A stretch of DNA of 64,000 bases from positions 27,745-91,744 of IMG/VR virus record IMGVR_UViG_2576861733_000002. One strand, given 5' to 3'. A program made the position numbers and the translations under genes. The DNA comes from a virus (lineage: Duplodnaviria; Caudoviricetes). Positions 46,109 through 56,120 of this stretch are shown piece after piece. The number at the start of each line of letters is the position of its first letter. Positions within the stretch are counted from its first letter, which is position 1. A model generated the notes under the pieces. That model did no database searches, was not told where the DNA came from, and saw nothing but the letters and a program-made list of their open reading frames with translations.

Positions 46109-46861
46109 TTATTGCATGTTCGGCCACATGCGGTGAGCAATGTCTTTTTCTGCTGCACTGCCCTGCGATGAGGTCGTAACGGTTTTGTCTTCACCCAGCG
46201 CTTTACCGATCGCCAGGACTGCGTTCACAAGGTCGGGATCATTAAGCAGTCCGGCGCTATCGAATTTCGCTACCACCGTGTCAGGGAAAAAACGCTGAAC
46301 TGCGTTCTGAAGGATTGCGGTATTTGCTTCCGCATCTTTTCCCCAAGACTTAATAACCGCTTCCCGGTTAGCGGCATTCTGATTAGCGAGATTTTCCTGG
46401 GCAATTTTTTGTTGCCCGGCAGCATATTCGTTGAATTTTGTGATTACCGTTTCGGCCTGTTTTTTATTAAGTCCGCTTTCATGCATCCAGCCCAGGGCCG
46501 TATTTAAAAAAGTGCCGTCGCTGCCTTCCGGCGGCTTAATTCCGTAATCTTCAATTTTTTCCGGGCGGCCAAGTTTCGAGTAAAGATCCTGCCAGCCTTT
46601 TGCATCACCTTCGTCAGGCAGTTTTTCGAGAAATGGTGCGGCGGTCTGCGACTGCTGCTGGGCGGATTGCTGCTGTTGCTGCTGGCCCTGCCCGCTCTGC
46701 TGTTGCTGAGTGCCCGGATTTAAAAGGTTTTGCTGCTGGGCCGGATCGCTGCTCTGCTGCTGGGCAGCAGGATCACCACCTGCGGCAGCGCCGCCACCTT
46801 CCCCACCTTCAACAGTGGCATTCATCAGACGGCGCAGGATTAAGCGTTCAAACAGATTCAT
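46109..46861 (-). CDS. Scaffolding/head assembly protein
   Basis: Gln-rich N-terminus, LYSKLGRPE; upstream of capsid gene. Confidence 0.75.
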   Translation of the reverse strand: MNLFERLILRRLMNATVEGGEGGGAAAGGDPAAQQQSSDPAQQQNLLNPGTQQQQSGQGQQQQQQSAQQQSQTAAPFLEKLPDEGDAKGWQDLYSKLGRPEKIEDYGIKPPEGSDGTFLNTALGWMHESGLNKKQAETVITKFNEYAAGQQKIAQENLANQNAANREAVIKSWGKDAEANTAILQNAVQRFFPDTVVAKFDSAGLLNDPDLVNAVLAIGKALGEDKTVTTSSQGSAAEKDIAHRMWPNMQ

Positions 46862-47171
46862 TGTTTTCGTCCTCGTTAAGTTCGTTCATCTCTTTGGCAA
46901 TCAGCGAAGAAATCTCAGATTGCGACAGACCCAGATAGTGATTGATGTGCAAAAAAACCTCGCGCCGCCCCTCGGAAACAAAGACGGCGTAAGGATCGGT
47001 TTGTTGAGTGGTGGGAGAAATTGCGACGCTGGACGAATTGACGTGGCAGAGCTTCGCCAGCAGACGGATAACGATCTCCTGATCCGGCGTCATATTCCCC
47101 GGCGTGCCGAAAACATTCTGGAATGCTTTTGCGCGGTTGAACGTCAGCCAGAGACTTTGTAAGCGGTTCAT
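46848..47171 (-). CDS. Bbp19-like protein
   Basis: EGRREVFLHI; between portal and scaffold. Confidence 0.7.
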   Translation of the reverse strand: MNRLQSLWLTFNRAKAFQNVFGTPGNMTPDQEIVIRLLAKLCHVNSSSVAISPTTQQTDPYAVFVSEGRREVFLHINHYLGLSQSEISSLIAKEMNELNEDENNESV

Positions 47172-48838
47172 TAACCCCCCTGAAGTGCAGGTGAAGGCGC
47201 AGGAGTCTGCGCAATCTGATTAGCCTGAGCGAAATCTTTTGCGGCGGTCGCGGCAACCGGCGCAGCGGCAAGCAACTGCTGAAGCTGCAATTGCTGTTGA
47301 TCGGCTGCGTTCTGCTCAGCCATTTCATCTTCGGTTTTGATGATCTGCATTGGCGCACCGCTGGCTTTAGCAATAAAACGCAGGGCCGTATCAGGATTCA
47401 GCGTTCTTGCCACATTCTGATCAAACTGACCGAGAGTGCCGGCGGCGTTGATGACGTTCATGATGCCGGTAGCCTCTTCGCTCATTTGCAGGCGCACCAG
47501 CGGGCTGGTGTATTCGATGTCGTATTCGTAGTTTGCGCGTACCAGTTGTTCCGGCGGTTCAGGAAGCAAGCCGTTTTGATATGCAATGTCGATTTCGCGA
47601 AGGATGAGCGTCCCCAGAAACTCGGCCTGAATGCGCCCGGCGGTTGGCGCCAGAAGCTGGCCCTTTTCCTGCGCGCGCAACATCGCTTCGGTGGCGGTCA
47701 TTTGTGGGTTATCGACGAGGATCTGGAACAGCGTGATGAAAAAGCCATCATTGATGGTCTGGCGTTTCTGCTCTGCAAGTGTCAGCGCCACGCTGAAATC
47801 GGTGGAAGTGTTCAGCGGCATAGCCAGTTGCTTGCCATCACGCCCCACGCCGCCAAAGTTGAGCGCACCGGGCATCATTTTGAATGGCTGCAAGATACCG
47901 TCTTCCGGCAGAAGCATCGGCGGGCGAACAGCCATCTGCGCACCCTCGATAATGGCCCTGTTGATTTCGTTCAGCAGCTTGATATCCGGCAGCACGACCA
48001 TTGCCGGGGAGCGTCCGTAAGTCTCACCTGGTGCCGTGTAGTAACGGCTGATAGCGTAGGGCTGCGACCAGTAGCCGCCCTCCTGCACAATTTTTGTGCC
48101 CTCAAGACAAATATGCACGGACCGGAACGGCATCCCCTCTTTGTCCTGTCGTGATGGGTCACGTTTATCATTTGGCTCGACGCGATGCAGGAAATTGAAT
48201 GTCTGCGCCGGGTTGCTTTTCGCGGCGGTTTTCACCATCGCAGGCAAAGCATCTTCCCCGAACTGCTGAATAGCCTGGCGGGCGGTCATGCAATATTTCC
48301 GGTGGACGATATCGATCATCCCCTGGAAATTCTCAGTGAAATAGATTTCGCGCAGGTGATAGGTGCAGTAGCGCGGCCCCTTCCCTGTCACATTATCAAC
48401 GAACGTACAGCCGGTACCGAACGCGCCAGCGGAAATGTAATGTTCGTGGGATTGAGAGGCGAAATTGGCCCAGGGGGCATAGCGGAGCCGGAAAAGAATA
48501 TCCCGCACATCCTGAAAATAACGCTGCACCTCTTCATCGTTCACAAACTTTTCGTTGCTCAGCGTGTGCCATTTCTGCGTTCTGGGGGTGATAACGGATT
48601 CGATAGCAGCACCGAATTTTTGCAGCGCCAGCGCGCCGGTTGCGTCGATGGCTTTTTCAGTACGCTTTCCGCCCTTCTGCCGGGTTCCCTTAAATTCAGC
48701 GCTGCGCGGCAGAATACGCTCGGCGATTTCCTGCCAGTGTTGTTCAAACACAGAACGCTCGGTCTCCATGCTCTTTTGCTCGCGCAGGATACTGGCGATG
48801 CGCTCAGTTTCGCTTTTATCGCTCGTCATATCGGACAT
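47171..48838 (-). CDS. Portal (head-tail connector)
   Basis: 555 aa; YGRSP, MTATEAMLR, YTSPL. Confidence 0.92.
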   Translation of the reverse strand: MSDMTSDKSETERIASILREQKSMETERSVFEQHWQEIAERILPRSAEFKGTRQKGGKRTEKAIDATGALALQKFGAAIESVITPRTQKWHTLSNEKFVNDEEVQRYFQDVRDILFRLRYAPWANFASQSHEHYISAGAFGTGCTFVDNVTGKGPRYCTYHLREIYFTENFQGMIDIVHRKYCMTARQAIQQFGEDALPAMVKTAAKSNPAQTFNFLHRVEPNDKRDPSRQDKEGMPFRSVHICLEGTKIVQEGGYWSQPYAISRYYTAPGETYGRSPAMVVLPDIKLLNEINRAIIEGAQMAVRPPMLLPEDGILQPFKMMPGALNFGGVGRDGKQLAMPLNTSTDFSVALTLAEQKRQTINDGFFITLFQILVDNPQMTATEAMLRAQEKGQLLAPTAGRIQAEFLGTLILREIDIAYQNGLLPEPPEQLVRANYEYDIEYTSPLVRLQMSEEATGIMNVINAAGTLGQFDQNVARTLNPDTALRFIAKASGAPMQIIKTEDEMAEQNAADQQQLQLQQLLAAAPVAATAAKDFAQANQIAQTPAPSPALQGG

Positions 48839-50235
48839 TAGTTATCCCCGTACAGATCCCAGGAGGACTCAGCGTTAAACTGCTGGCCGTATCCGGGTGG
48901 GTTATATGGATCGTAAGCAGACTGGGCAAATTGCTGTGTGGTGGCGCGGTTTCCGCTGCGCAGCGACTTGCTGCCCACGGCGCCATAGCGGAATGAATCG
49001 CTGCCGTGTGACGTCCAGTTATGCAGCGGCGTTGGCTTGTACATCTTGCGCACTTCGTCCCATTCCTTCTGGTACTGGCCCAGCGCCTCAAGCCCTTTTT
49101 CACATTTTGTTTTGTCGAACCAGCAGGAGCGCAGCATCATGCGCACCTCGCTGATCCCGTCATCGACGGAAGATGCAGGAAGAACTTTGCAGCGGATCCC
49201 GAGTTTACCCAGCGTCTCTTCACGCGATGCGCCGGTGCTCAGTTCCCGCGCGCGGACGTCATGCGGGAAGAAATGCCGTTCGGCGTAGGTGTACGGTTTT
49301 TCACGCAGGGTTTTAACGTAATGCTCAAGACCGACGCCGGAACTCTCGTAATAATCGATAACCCGCGTTTCTTTGCCGATAAACTGGAAAAACCAGATAG
49401 CTGTTGCGTCGCCGATACCCAAATCCCACGAGGTGTAAACTTCGTATTGTGGATCCCATGGCACATTCCCAATCTGTCCGGCCTTTTCCAGTTCAACCAG
49501 AATTGACGAGTAATACGCGCCGGGTATTGCGGCATTCCAGTCGCACATGTATTCCTGGTTAAAAAGCGCCAGCCCCTCATCTTCTCCACGCTCTTCCTGC
49601 ATTTCGCGCAGCTCCTGCGCGAGAGTTTCAGCCGGAATATGCTGCGTGATATCAGCGCTGAGATGGTCACAAAGCCAGTTATCCGGATCTTTCAGGCCAC
49701 CCTGAAACATTTTGTAGAAGTGGTTTTTCCCGCGAGGCGTCGAAACGAAAAAAGCCCAGCCGCCGTTATCGGCCAGAATAGGACGCAGAAACGCCCATGC
49801 AGCGGGATTACTCAGCGCCCATTCAGAAAACACGATTCCCACATGCCCGGAACCAATCAGCGAGGCATAGTTATCACTGCCAACGGCCTGCCATGTTGAG
49901 CCGTTGACAAATTCGATCATCATTTCGTTGTCGAGTGTCTTGCGGCGTATTTCTTTCGGGAAAGCCTCATCAATGCGCAGTTGGCCGGTGCGCGGGTTGA
50001 TCGCTGTCCAGATAGCCTTGCGAACCTGATTCGCCTGCGGCAGACAATGCGCATAGTTCCCCACACGCTCAAAAGCTTTGCATGCGGTCATGTGCAGGCT
50101 GAAATCATCCTTGCCATAACGGCGCGGCCAGCACAAAGCAGCACGCTTAACATTGCCTCCCTGAATGGCAGACCATGCCCGGCGCTGGTGTGGGCGTGGC
50201 GTCCAGTTGTTCGCGGGAAGGATAATTTCTGCCAT
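48838..50235 (-). CDS. Terminase large subunit
   Basis: RRYGKD, STPRGKNHF, WDLGIGD, HGSDSFRY. Confidence 0.93.
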   Translation of the reverse strand: MAEIILPANNWTPRPHQRRAWSAIQGGNVKRAALCWPRRYGKDDFSLHMTACKAFERVGNYAHCLPQANQVRKAIWTAINPRTGQLRIDEAFPKEIRRKTLDNEMMIEFVNGSTWQAVGSDNYASLIGSGHVGIVFSEWALSNPAAWAFLRPILADNGGWAFFVSTPRGKNHFYKMFQGGLKDPDNWLCDHLSADITQHIPAETLAQELREMQEERGEDEGLALFNQEYMCDWNAAIPGAYYSSILVELEKAGQIGNVPWDPQYEVYTSWDLGIGDATAIWFFQFIGKETRVIDYYESSGVGLEHYVKTLREKPYTYAERHFFPHDVRARELSTGASREETLGKLGIRCKVLPASSVDDGISEVRMMLRSCWFDKTKCEKGLEALGQYQKEWDEVRKMYKPTPLHNWTSHGSDSFRYGAVGSKSLRSGNRATTQQFAQSAYDPYNPPGYGQQFNAESSWDLYGDN

Positions 50236-50319
50236 CTATTCACGTCCTATTCACTTCAATGGATAAAATGCCGGGATTTTTTCTAATTGACCGATTAGCC
50301 ATGCAATAAAAACACCTGG

Positions 50320-50772
50320 TTATTCTTTCTCGCGGAAATGTTTAACTTTGACGGTCAGATCGAGATCGCCCTCGACAGATTTTTTATCCGTAAGGCCAAG
50401 CTCTCTTGCGATGATGTTTGCGTTGAGCAGATCAGCAGCCGCGCCAGAAAATTTCTGTTCGTAAATGAGGTTTTCCACTCGCGTAGTGACTGGGAGAAAA
50501 TCTTTTTTCTTGCTGTAGGCTTCCCATGTTTTCCGGTCGATATCGAGGAACAGAAACAGGCCGCCAAGCGTCATTGCGCGCATTTTTGGAAGTGTGGCTT
50601 TAGTGACGGTGCCCTGAAATGCAAAAGCTTTGGTTTCCCATAGCGGATGTTTTTCCACCCACTCGAAATACTCACAGCAGGCATCCCATAGTTTTTCAGG
50701 GTCAGTAAATTTTGGGTTTCTTCCGTGCTTGCTACGGGCAAGCCAGAATTTATTTCCTTTTGGCGCGGCCAT
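50320..50772 (-). CDS. Terminase small subunit, P22 gp3-like
   Basis: [46 protein letters not shown]. Confidence 0.93.
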   Translation of the reverse strand: MAAPKGNKFWLARSKHGRNPKFTDPEKLWDACCEYFEWVEKHPLWETKAFAFQGTVTKATLPKMRAMTLGGLFLFLDIDRKTWEAYSKKKDFLPVTTRVENLIYEQKFSGAAADLLNANIIARELGLTDKKSVEGDLDLTVKVKHFREKE

Positions 50773-50778
50773 TTTTCG

Positions 50779-51078
50779 TTACTCCGTAGAATTCCGGCGG
50801 TTGTATTTCCGCTTTTGAGCCACTTCCACAGCGCCGTTTTTTTCTTGCGGCTCGATTTCTTGGTCGCCGTTTTCCTCATCCAATTTTTCAGGCTCGTTTT
50901 TTTTCTCGTCATCCGGGTAAAGGGACAGAAACGCATCGACGGATGCGGAAACAATATCTGCGGCGGCTGTTTTTCCGTCAGATGCGCCCGGCCATGAAAA
51001 ATTGCGCCCCAGAACATCGCCAGCGGCTTTCACGATTTCCACTTGCAGCGATAAATCCAGTTCATGCAGTTTTTTCAT
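50779..51078 (-). CDS. Hypothetical protein
   Basis: SD GAGG; overlaps upstream gene. Confidence 0.6.
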   Translation of the reverse strand: MKKLHELDLSLQVEIVKAAGDVLGRNFSWPGASDGKTAAADIVSASVDAFLSLYPDDEKKNEPEKLDEENGDQEIEPQEKNGAVEVAQKRKYNRRNSTE

Positions 51079-51295
51079 TGCTGTTTTCCTCTCCGGGTAA
51101 AAGATCCATTGCAGCCATAACGATCCGCAATTCAGGGGCATCGCCGTTTTTCACCGCTTTCAGAATTACGCGGTCAGAATTGCCATTCATGTACGCGGCA
51201 GCGCCATACATCGCCGTGTTGATATGTGCTTTCAGAAATCGCTCTTTCATCAGCGCGAGCAGTTTCTTTGCTTCTTCGTCGGTCAGGGTGATCAT
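51062..51295 (-). CDS. Hypothetical protein
   Basis: SD GGAG; in operon. Confidence 0.6.
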   Translation of the reverse strand: MITLTDEEAKKLLALMKERFLKAHINTAMYGAAAYMNGNSDRVILKAVKNGDAPELRIVMAAMDLLPGEENSNEKTA

Positions 51296-51356
51296 GGGTT
51301 GCTCCGTTCGTAGTATTTTCGGTCAAGGCCACCAGCAGAGATGGCCTTTGCGGAAA

Positions 51357-51722
51357 TCACTCAGTGGCATTCTGCAAATAAAGGGACTGTTTCAGCAGAT
51401 ACCCTTCCAGCGGCCAGATTTTATTGACGGCGTTTTCACGGGCAATTTTGCGCCCGATCTCAGCGTCGAAGTTTTCCGGGCTAGCGCAGGCACTTTCGCC
51501 GGTGACGGTGAAGCCGTTGCGCAGCTTAATGACACAGAAGGTAAGGCAGCTCATTGGGTTTAAGCTGTCATACCCAACCTTGCCATTTGATGCACCGGTG
51601 ATCCCATCTGCGGCAGTAAAGTAGTGCTCGCTTTCAATAACGTCGTTGATGTGTTGCGGGGTAACACGCGGAGCAGTCAAACCCTTGGACTGAATTTCTT
51701 GCTCGATTTCTTTGTCGCTCAT
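51357..51722 (-). CDS. Phage gp49/gp66-family protein (Acb4-like nucleotide sponge candidate)
   Basis: APRVTP..LTFCVIKLRNGFTVTGESACASPENFDAEIGRKIARENAVNKIWPLEGY. Confidence 0.8.
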   Translation of the reverse strand: MSDKEIEQEIQSKGLTAPRVTPQHINDVIESEHYFTAADGITGASNGKVGYDSLNPMSCLTFCVIKLRNGFTVTGESACASPENFDAEIGRKIARENAVNKIWPLEGYLLKQSLYLQNATE

Positions 51723-52075
51723 GGGATTTCCTCTTTGGGTGGTTGGCGAACACCCCGCAAAAGCTGGGTGATCATGTAGTTTTTGCTGTTGCGTCGGCAG
51801 GATTCGAAAAAATCCTCTCGCTTGCCCATTGGGGCTTTTTTTCCGCCAAATTGTTCGGCTAGTTCAGGTGATGAGAAATAGACGCGGCGGGAGGTGTTAC
51901 CTTTTTCGTTGTGCGCCCGGAATATCAATTTTTCTTTCAGCAGCCCGTCGAGAATGAAAAAAACGGTGCTACGGGACAGGCCGAGGTAATACGTAACTTC
52001 GGCGGCGGTGATCCCTCCTGGATATTCCAGGATTAACGCCATTACGGCGGTTTGCTTCCTGGTTAAACCCGGCAC
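51719..52075 (-). CDS. wHTH protein (possible late activator)
   Basis: ITAAEVTYYLGLSRSTVFFILDGL. Confidence 0.65.
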   Translation of the reverse strand: MPGLTRKQTAVMALILEYPGGITAAEVTYYLGLSRSTVFFILDGLLKEKLIFRAHNEKGNTSRRVYFSSPELAEQFGGKKAPMGKREDFFESCRRNSKNYMITQLLRGVRQPPKEEIP

Positions 52076-52365
52076 AGGCGCAACACCTTCACTTCGGCCA
52101 CAACCTGATCGAGCAGTTGCAGCTCGCTACCATACAATCCTTCCCAATGTTTTTGCCCGGCGTGAATAGCTACGCCGTAGCCTCCGGTTCGGTGGTGAGG
52201 AGGGCAAAGCGGGAGTGTTTTTTTATGGTCGGCGCGCTGGCCTGCGCCCTGTCCGGTGCGGATATGGTGAATTTCCGCAGGTGAAGCCCCAAACCCCAGA
52301 TTGCGGCAAACAACGCAACCGAGATCCGCGACGTCTGTCAGCCAGTCTTTATCGTCTTTTGTCAT
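52063..52365 (-). CDS. Ref-like HNH nuclease
   Basis: GCVVC..AEIHHIR..PLCPPHHR. Confidence 0.8.
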   Translation of the reverse strand: MTKDDKDWLTDVADLGCVVCRNLGFGASPAEIHHIRTGQGAGQRADHKKTLPLCPPHHRTGGYGVAIHAGQKHWEGLYGSELQLLDQVVAEVKVLRLCRV

Positions 52366-52375
52366 GATTGACGTC

Positions 52376-52972
52376 TCAGGCTGCGTAGCTGAACAGTTGA
52401 GAGGCGGCATTCTCTGCTGCCTGCTGGGTCGGGAAGTTGCGGAACAGGATGAAGTTCCAGAGGACATCGAGAACGGATTTATAAAGCTGGGCGAATTCAA
52501 TATCGTCCATTTTGGCGAATGATATTGATTTGGGTTCTTTGCGGGTGCTGCCGTCCGGCATTTCGTATTCGGTGTAAAAACCAGCCTGAATCGTTACCCA
52601 GGCGCGAAAGGCTTCAAACGATTTGACGGCGCTGATATTACCGGCGCGTTTCTCTGCCTCTTCCCGCAGATATTGATCGGCCAGTTCCTCAAGCGTTTCT
52701 TCGTGCCCGGCATAATGGGCGACGAGCTGGACGTAACCCCGGACCAGTTTTTTATCTGCCGGTGAGATAGCGCCGCCGCTTGGCTGCCAGTATTCGAAGC
52801 CAAGATTCAGGAGTGAGAAAAATTTTCTGTGAAATGCTGCGTTGCGCGCCTGCTTAAAATCGGCGTAAAGCACAGCGCCCAGGCGAACTTTCTTTTCGAT
52901 GAATTCGCGGGCGTCAGGAGTGGCGGGAATTAATACCCCACCAGCGGATTTGATGAATGAATACTGCGCCAT
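52376..52972 (-). CDS. DUF1367-family protein
   Basis: RNAAFHRKFFSLLNLGFEYW..PKSISFAKMD. Confidence 0.85.
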   Translation of the reverse strand: MAQYSFIKSAGGVLIPATPDAREFIEKKVRLGAVLYADFKQARNAAFHRKFFSLLNLGFEYWQPSGGAISPADKKLVRGYVQLVAHYAGHEETLEELADQYLREEAEKRAGNISAVKSFEAFRAWVTIQAGFYTEYEMPDGSTRKEPKSISFAKMDDIEFAQLYKSVLDVLWNFILFRNFPTQQAAENAASQLFSYAA

Positions 52973-53039
52973 AGGTTTCCCCTTTAGCGCAGCAATTGCT
53001 CAGAAATACAGGTGCCGGGTGTTCAGGCCGGTACCAGAA

Positions 53040-53246
53040 TTATACCTTAGTTTTGTCTTTTTTCACAACGGCAAAGCCAGCCAATTCCGCCAGTTCAAAC
53101 AATGGCTTAAGAGAGGCTATGTGTTCATCGTCGTAAACTGTCCTGATAGTGGAAACCTTGCCGTTCTTACAGGTCAGGAGAACGCGCCCATTATCGGGGA
53201 GATGATCCCCCACCTCCGATTTTTCAATCACGCCATCCTCCTGCAT
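53040..53246 (-). CDS. Small protein directly under a LexA box (candidate antirepressor)
   Basis: SOS box abuts the ORF start. Confidence 0.6.
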   Translation of the reverse strand: MQEDGVIEKSEVGDHLPDNGRVLLTCKNGKVSTIRTVYDDEHIASLKPLFELAELAGFAVVKKDKTKV

Positions 53247-53249
53247 GCA

Positions 53250-53269
53250 TACTGTGTTTTTATACAGTA
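53250..53269. promoter_or_regulatory. LexA (SOS) box
   Basis: TACTGTGTTTTTATACAGTA. Confidence 0.85.
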
Positions 53270-53336
53270 TATATACCCCCGAGGGTTAGGAAGTGCAAAT
53301 TTTAACGAGCAAAAAAGGTTGTGAATTATAGTTCAT

Positions 53337-53729
53337 TTAATGTTTAACTGTTTGTTTATTAGCATAAACATTCGTTGTATTCTGGCTTCGACGATATTCA
53401 ATATGCCTATCGAGGCGCTCAACGAGTTCACTGCAAACGGCCATACAGATAGTACGCCATTGAAGGCTGGAAAAATCATATCTTGAAGGTTCCACAGTGA
53501 GGCTATGGACACTCACAGATTCCTGAGAATGAAAAACATAAGCCTGTGTCAGTAACCCAGGTGGAACAGGTGAGCGCTCAAAATTATCAATACGAAAGAG
53601 CACGTCCTGCTCGGCAGCTTTCCGGAGTTCAAGCCATTGCTCACCAGTAAACTCCTGACGAAATTCACCTTGCTTTAAAACAGTAATATTTGAATCAAAA
53701 TCATGAAATAATTTAATTTCTTCCATCAC
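53337..53729 (-). CDS. Hypothetical protein
   Basis: AT-rich ORF overlapping the upstream gene. Confidence 0.55.
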   Translation of the reverse strand: MMEEIKLFHDFDSNITVLKQGEFRQEFTGEQWLELRKAAEQDVLFRIDNFERSPVPPGLLTQAYVFHSQESVSVHSLTVEPSRYDFSSLQWRTICMAVCSELVERLDRHIEYRRSQNTTNVYANKQTVKH

Positions 53730-53886
53730 CTACCCCTCTCAGTTTCAGTTCATCGGCCACAGATTCTGGCACAACGACTGGCATAGGTACGCGGATCACC
53801 ATCCGCCGTAACAACGCAATCTCTCTTTGCTGAGATATCAGCCTTGCTTTAAGGCGGCGCAAGCGCCTCTGTTTTAGTTTGCTCAT
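53713..53886 (-). CDS. Small Arg-rich protein
   Basis: MSKLKQRRLRRLKARL; start overlaps the methylase stop. Confidence 0.6.
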   Translation of the reverse strand: MSKLKQRRLRRLKARLISQQREIALLRRMVIRVPMPVVVPESVADELKLRGVGDGRN

Positions 53887-55862
53887 TATGCGGCCTCTTG
53901 CGCCTCGCACATCTCCGGCAAATTAGTCCTTACCAGCGCTTCAGCGAACGGCGGCGGAACGGCGTTACCGCAGCGCGCCACCTGTTTATCCTTCGCGTAC
54001 TTAGTGCCGGTATAGTCCCGATCGATAATGTACCACTCAGGGAAGCCCTGGGCGCGGTACAGTTCCGCCGGTTGCAGCATGCGCATTCCGATATCGACGA
54101 TTCGATATATCACGCCGCCGATCGTCACAAGTCCGTCGCATTCCGGGCCGCAATATTGCCGCAGGAACGCCAGCGCCTGCTGCGCACGCTCTTCGCTGTA
54201 ATCGCCCGAAACCAGCAGCGTTTCGACTTCCCCAACATGCAAACCACCAGCGGTGATTGTCGGCATCGGCTGATCGGTTGGCTGCCCGTCCCTGCAAGTG
54301 CCGCGCAGCTTCACCAGATGCGATGAAACCAGAGCATGGTGATCCGTTGTCGTGACCGTGTGCGCGGGTTCATCAAGCGCGACGCCCGGCCCTGTGTAAT
54401 TGCCGCCGTAGTTCTTTGCGAGAAACGCGCTCACTGCCGCAAATTTATTGCCGCCAGCGGTAACGGTGCCCAATGGATTATTGAGTTGCAGCACGCGCGG
54501 ATCTTGCCCCGGTCTTTCGCCGTAGCCCATCTGAATGAGAGTCGGCGTCACCAGTTGTGATTTTCCGCCACCGCCAGCCGTAATGGTGGCGCTGGGTTCG
54601 TCAGTACGATGGCCGATACTGGCGCCAAACTGTCTGGCGATGACCGGGGCAACGACGCAGGCGCGGGATTCTTTCAGAATGGTATGGATCGGTTTATCCA
54701 GCGGGCGTGGCTTTGCCTGGTACTCGCTGCCGCCGTTCCCGGCAAGGAAAGGTGCCAGTTCTGCCTGCACCATACCCAACGCATGACCATTCCCGCCCGG
54801 GCGATCTGACGTGCCAGCGGTGACCGTTGGTACAGGTTCGGTAACTTCCTGCCCGGTTGCGCCGGTGCGGAACTTCGTCAAATGCGGTACCGCGATTGCG
54901 TAACCATGAGTTTTAGTGATTGTCTGTAGTGGTTCATCAAGCGGTTGTCCCCTGAAGCAATCATATTTCCCGCGCGTTGTCGTGTGGTTGCACTTCACGA
55001 TAAACGGCGACGGGCTGTCGATGACAAACCGCTGAATGCCTCGCGCGATGCGCTTAAGCGTGTTTTCTGCCAGTGGCTTTTTACGATCGAATATCGACGG
55101 GCACGGAACAGACCAGTCAATACATTCCGCAGCAGTTCGCCACGGCTTCAGCACGCCAGCCTGTACTGCTGGCGATTTCGGATCACCGTGGGTTTGTTCC
55201 GGCCAGGTGATCGGCTTGCCATCGCAGCGCATGACCATAAAAAAGCGTTTGCGGATTGTTGGCGCGCCATAATCGCATGCGCGCAATTCACGGTGATCCA
55301 CAGCATAGCCAAGCCCTGCCACCAGCAGCGCCGCCAGATCGCTTTCGGGTTCAATATTCAAAAACTCGCAGCATTCGGCCAGCGCCGGGTGATCTGCGGC
55401 GATGCCGGTACTCAGCATGCCGACAAACGCCGCGAATGTTTCACCGATGCGAGCCGGGTCTGGTCGCATTTCCGCCGCCAGCAGCGGCCCCCAGGTGCGA
55501 AACTCTTCGACGTTCTCCAGCATCATTACGCGCGGTCGCACAGCCAGCGCCCAGCGAATGACAATCCATGCAAGACCGCGAATCGCTTTCTCAACCGGCT
55601 TGGCACCCTTCGCTTTGGAAAAATGACGGCAGTCCGGTGAAAACCATGCCAGCCCCACCGGGCGGGCAGCGGTCGCAGTCACCGGATCGATATCAAATAC
55701 GCTTTCGCAGTAGTGCAGCGTTGCCGGGTGATTTGTCGTGTGCATCGCGACAGCATTCGGATCATGATTAATAGCGATATCTACACTGCGACCTGTCGCA
55801 AGTTCAATCCCGGTAGACGCCCCACCGCCACCGGCAAAATTATCAACGATGATTTCTTTCAC
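53886..55862 (-). CDS. DNA cytosine-C5 methyltransferase
   Basis: FAGGGG (I), SPDC (IV), ENV (VI), RKR (VIII), GNAVPP (X). Confidence 0.93.
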   Translation of the reverse strand: MKEIIVDNFAGGGGASTGIELATGRSVDIAINHDPNAVAMHTTNHPATLHYCESVFDIDPVTATAARPVGLAWFSPDCRHFSKAKGAKPVEKAIRGLAWIVIRWALAVRPRVMMLENVEEFRTWGPLLAAEMRPDPARIGETFAAFVGMLSTGIAADHPALAECCEFLNIEPESDLAALLVAGLGYAVDHRELRACDYGAPTIRKRFFMVMRCDGKPITWPEQTHGDPKSPAVQAGVLKPWRTAAECIDWSVPCPSIFDRKKPLAENTLKRIARGIQRFVIDSPSPFIVKCNHTTTRGKYDCFRGQPLDEPLQTITKTHGYAIAVPHLTKFRTGATGQEVTEPVPTVTAGTSDRPGGNGHALGMVQAELAPFLAGNGGSEYQAKPRPLDKPIHTILKESRACVVAPVIARQFGASIGHRTDEPSATITAGGGGKSQLVTPTLIQMGYGERPGQDPRVLQLNNPLGTVTAGGNKFAAVSAFLAKNYGGNYTGPGVALDEPAHTVTTTDHHALVSSHLVKLRGTCRDGQPTDQPMPTITAGGLHVGEVETLLVSGDYSEERAQQALAFLRQYCGPECDGLVTIGGVIYRIVDIGMRMLQPAELYRAQGFPEWYIIDRDYTGTKYAKDKQVARCGNAVPPPFAEALVRTNLPEMCEAQEAA

Positions 55863-56119
55863 GCGTATTTCTCCATTGCGGCGGCCAGCGAGCGGGCAGC
55901 GTCCACGATTGCGGGTACCGGCATTTTTTCGAGCCACATGCGATTGATGTGATGTTTTAAACGGTTCTGGTGGTGTGCCGGCAGATCACCGGCACTTTCA
56001 ATTTGTGAATAGACCAGACTCACCTCGGCAGGCCATACTGTTTCAGCGACATCCACCAGCAGCAGGCTTTCCAGTTCGATGATGCGGCGGTATGCGTACT
56101 CGAGTAATGCGTCGCTCAT
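55859..56119 (-). CDS. Hypothetical protein
   Basis: MSDALLEYAYRRI..; coupled to neighbours. Confidence 0.65.
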   Translation of the reverse strand: MSDALLEYAYRRIIELESLLLVDVAETVWPAEVSLVYSQIESAGDLPAHHQNRLKHHINRMWLEKMPVPAIVDAARSLAAAMEKYA

Positions 56120-56120
56120 C

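Noticed and set aside
46640-46770. CTG/TTG triplet runs
   Set aside because: Explained by the Gln-rich linker of the scaffolding protein
47291-48841. Long plus-strand ORFs (287 and 218 aa) and similar ones at 1604-2326 and 54945-55640
   Set aside because: Antisense shadows of well-supported phage genes, with no recognisable motifs
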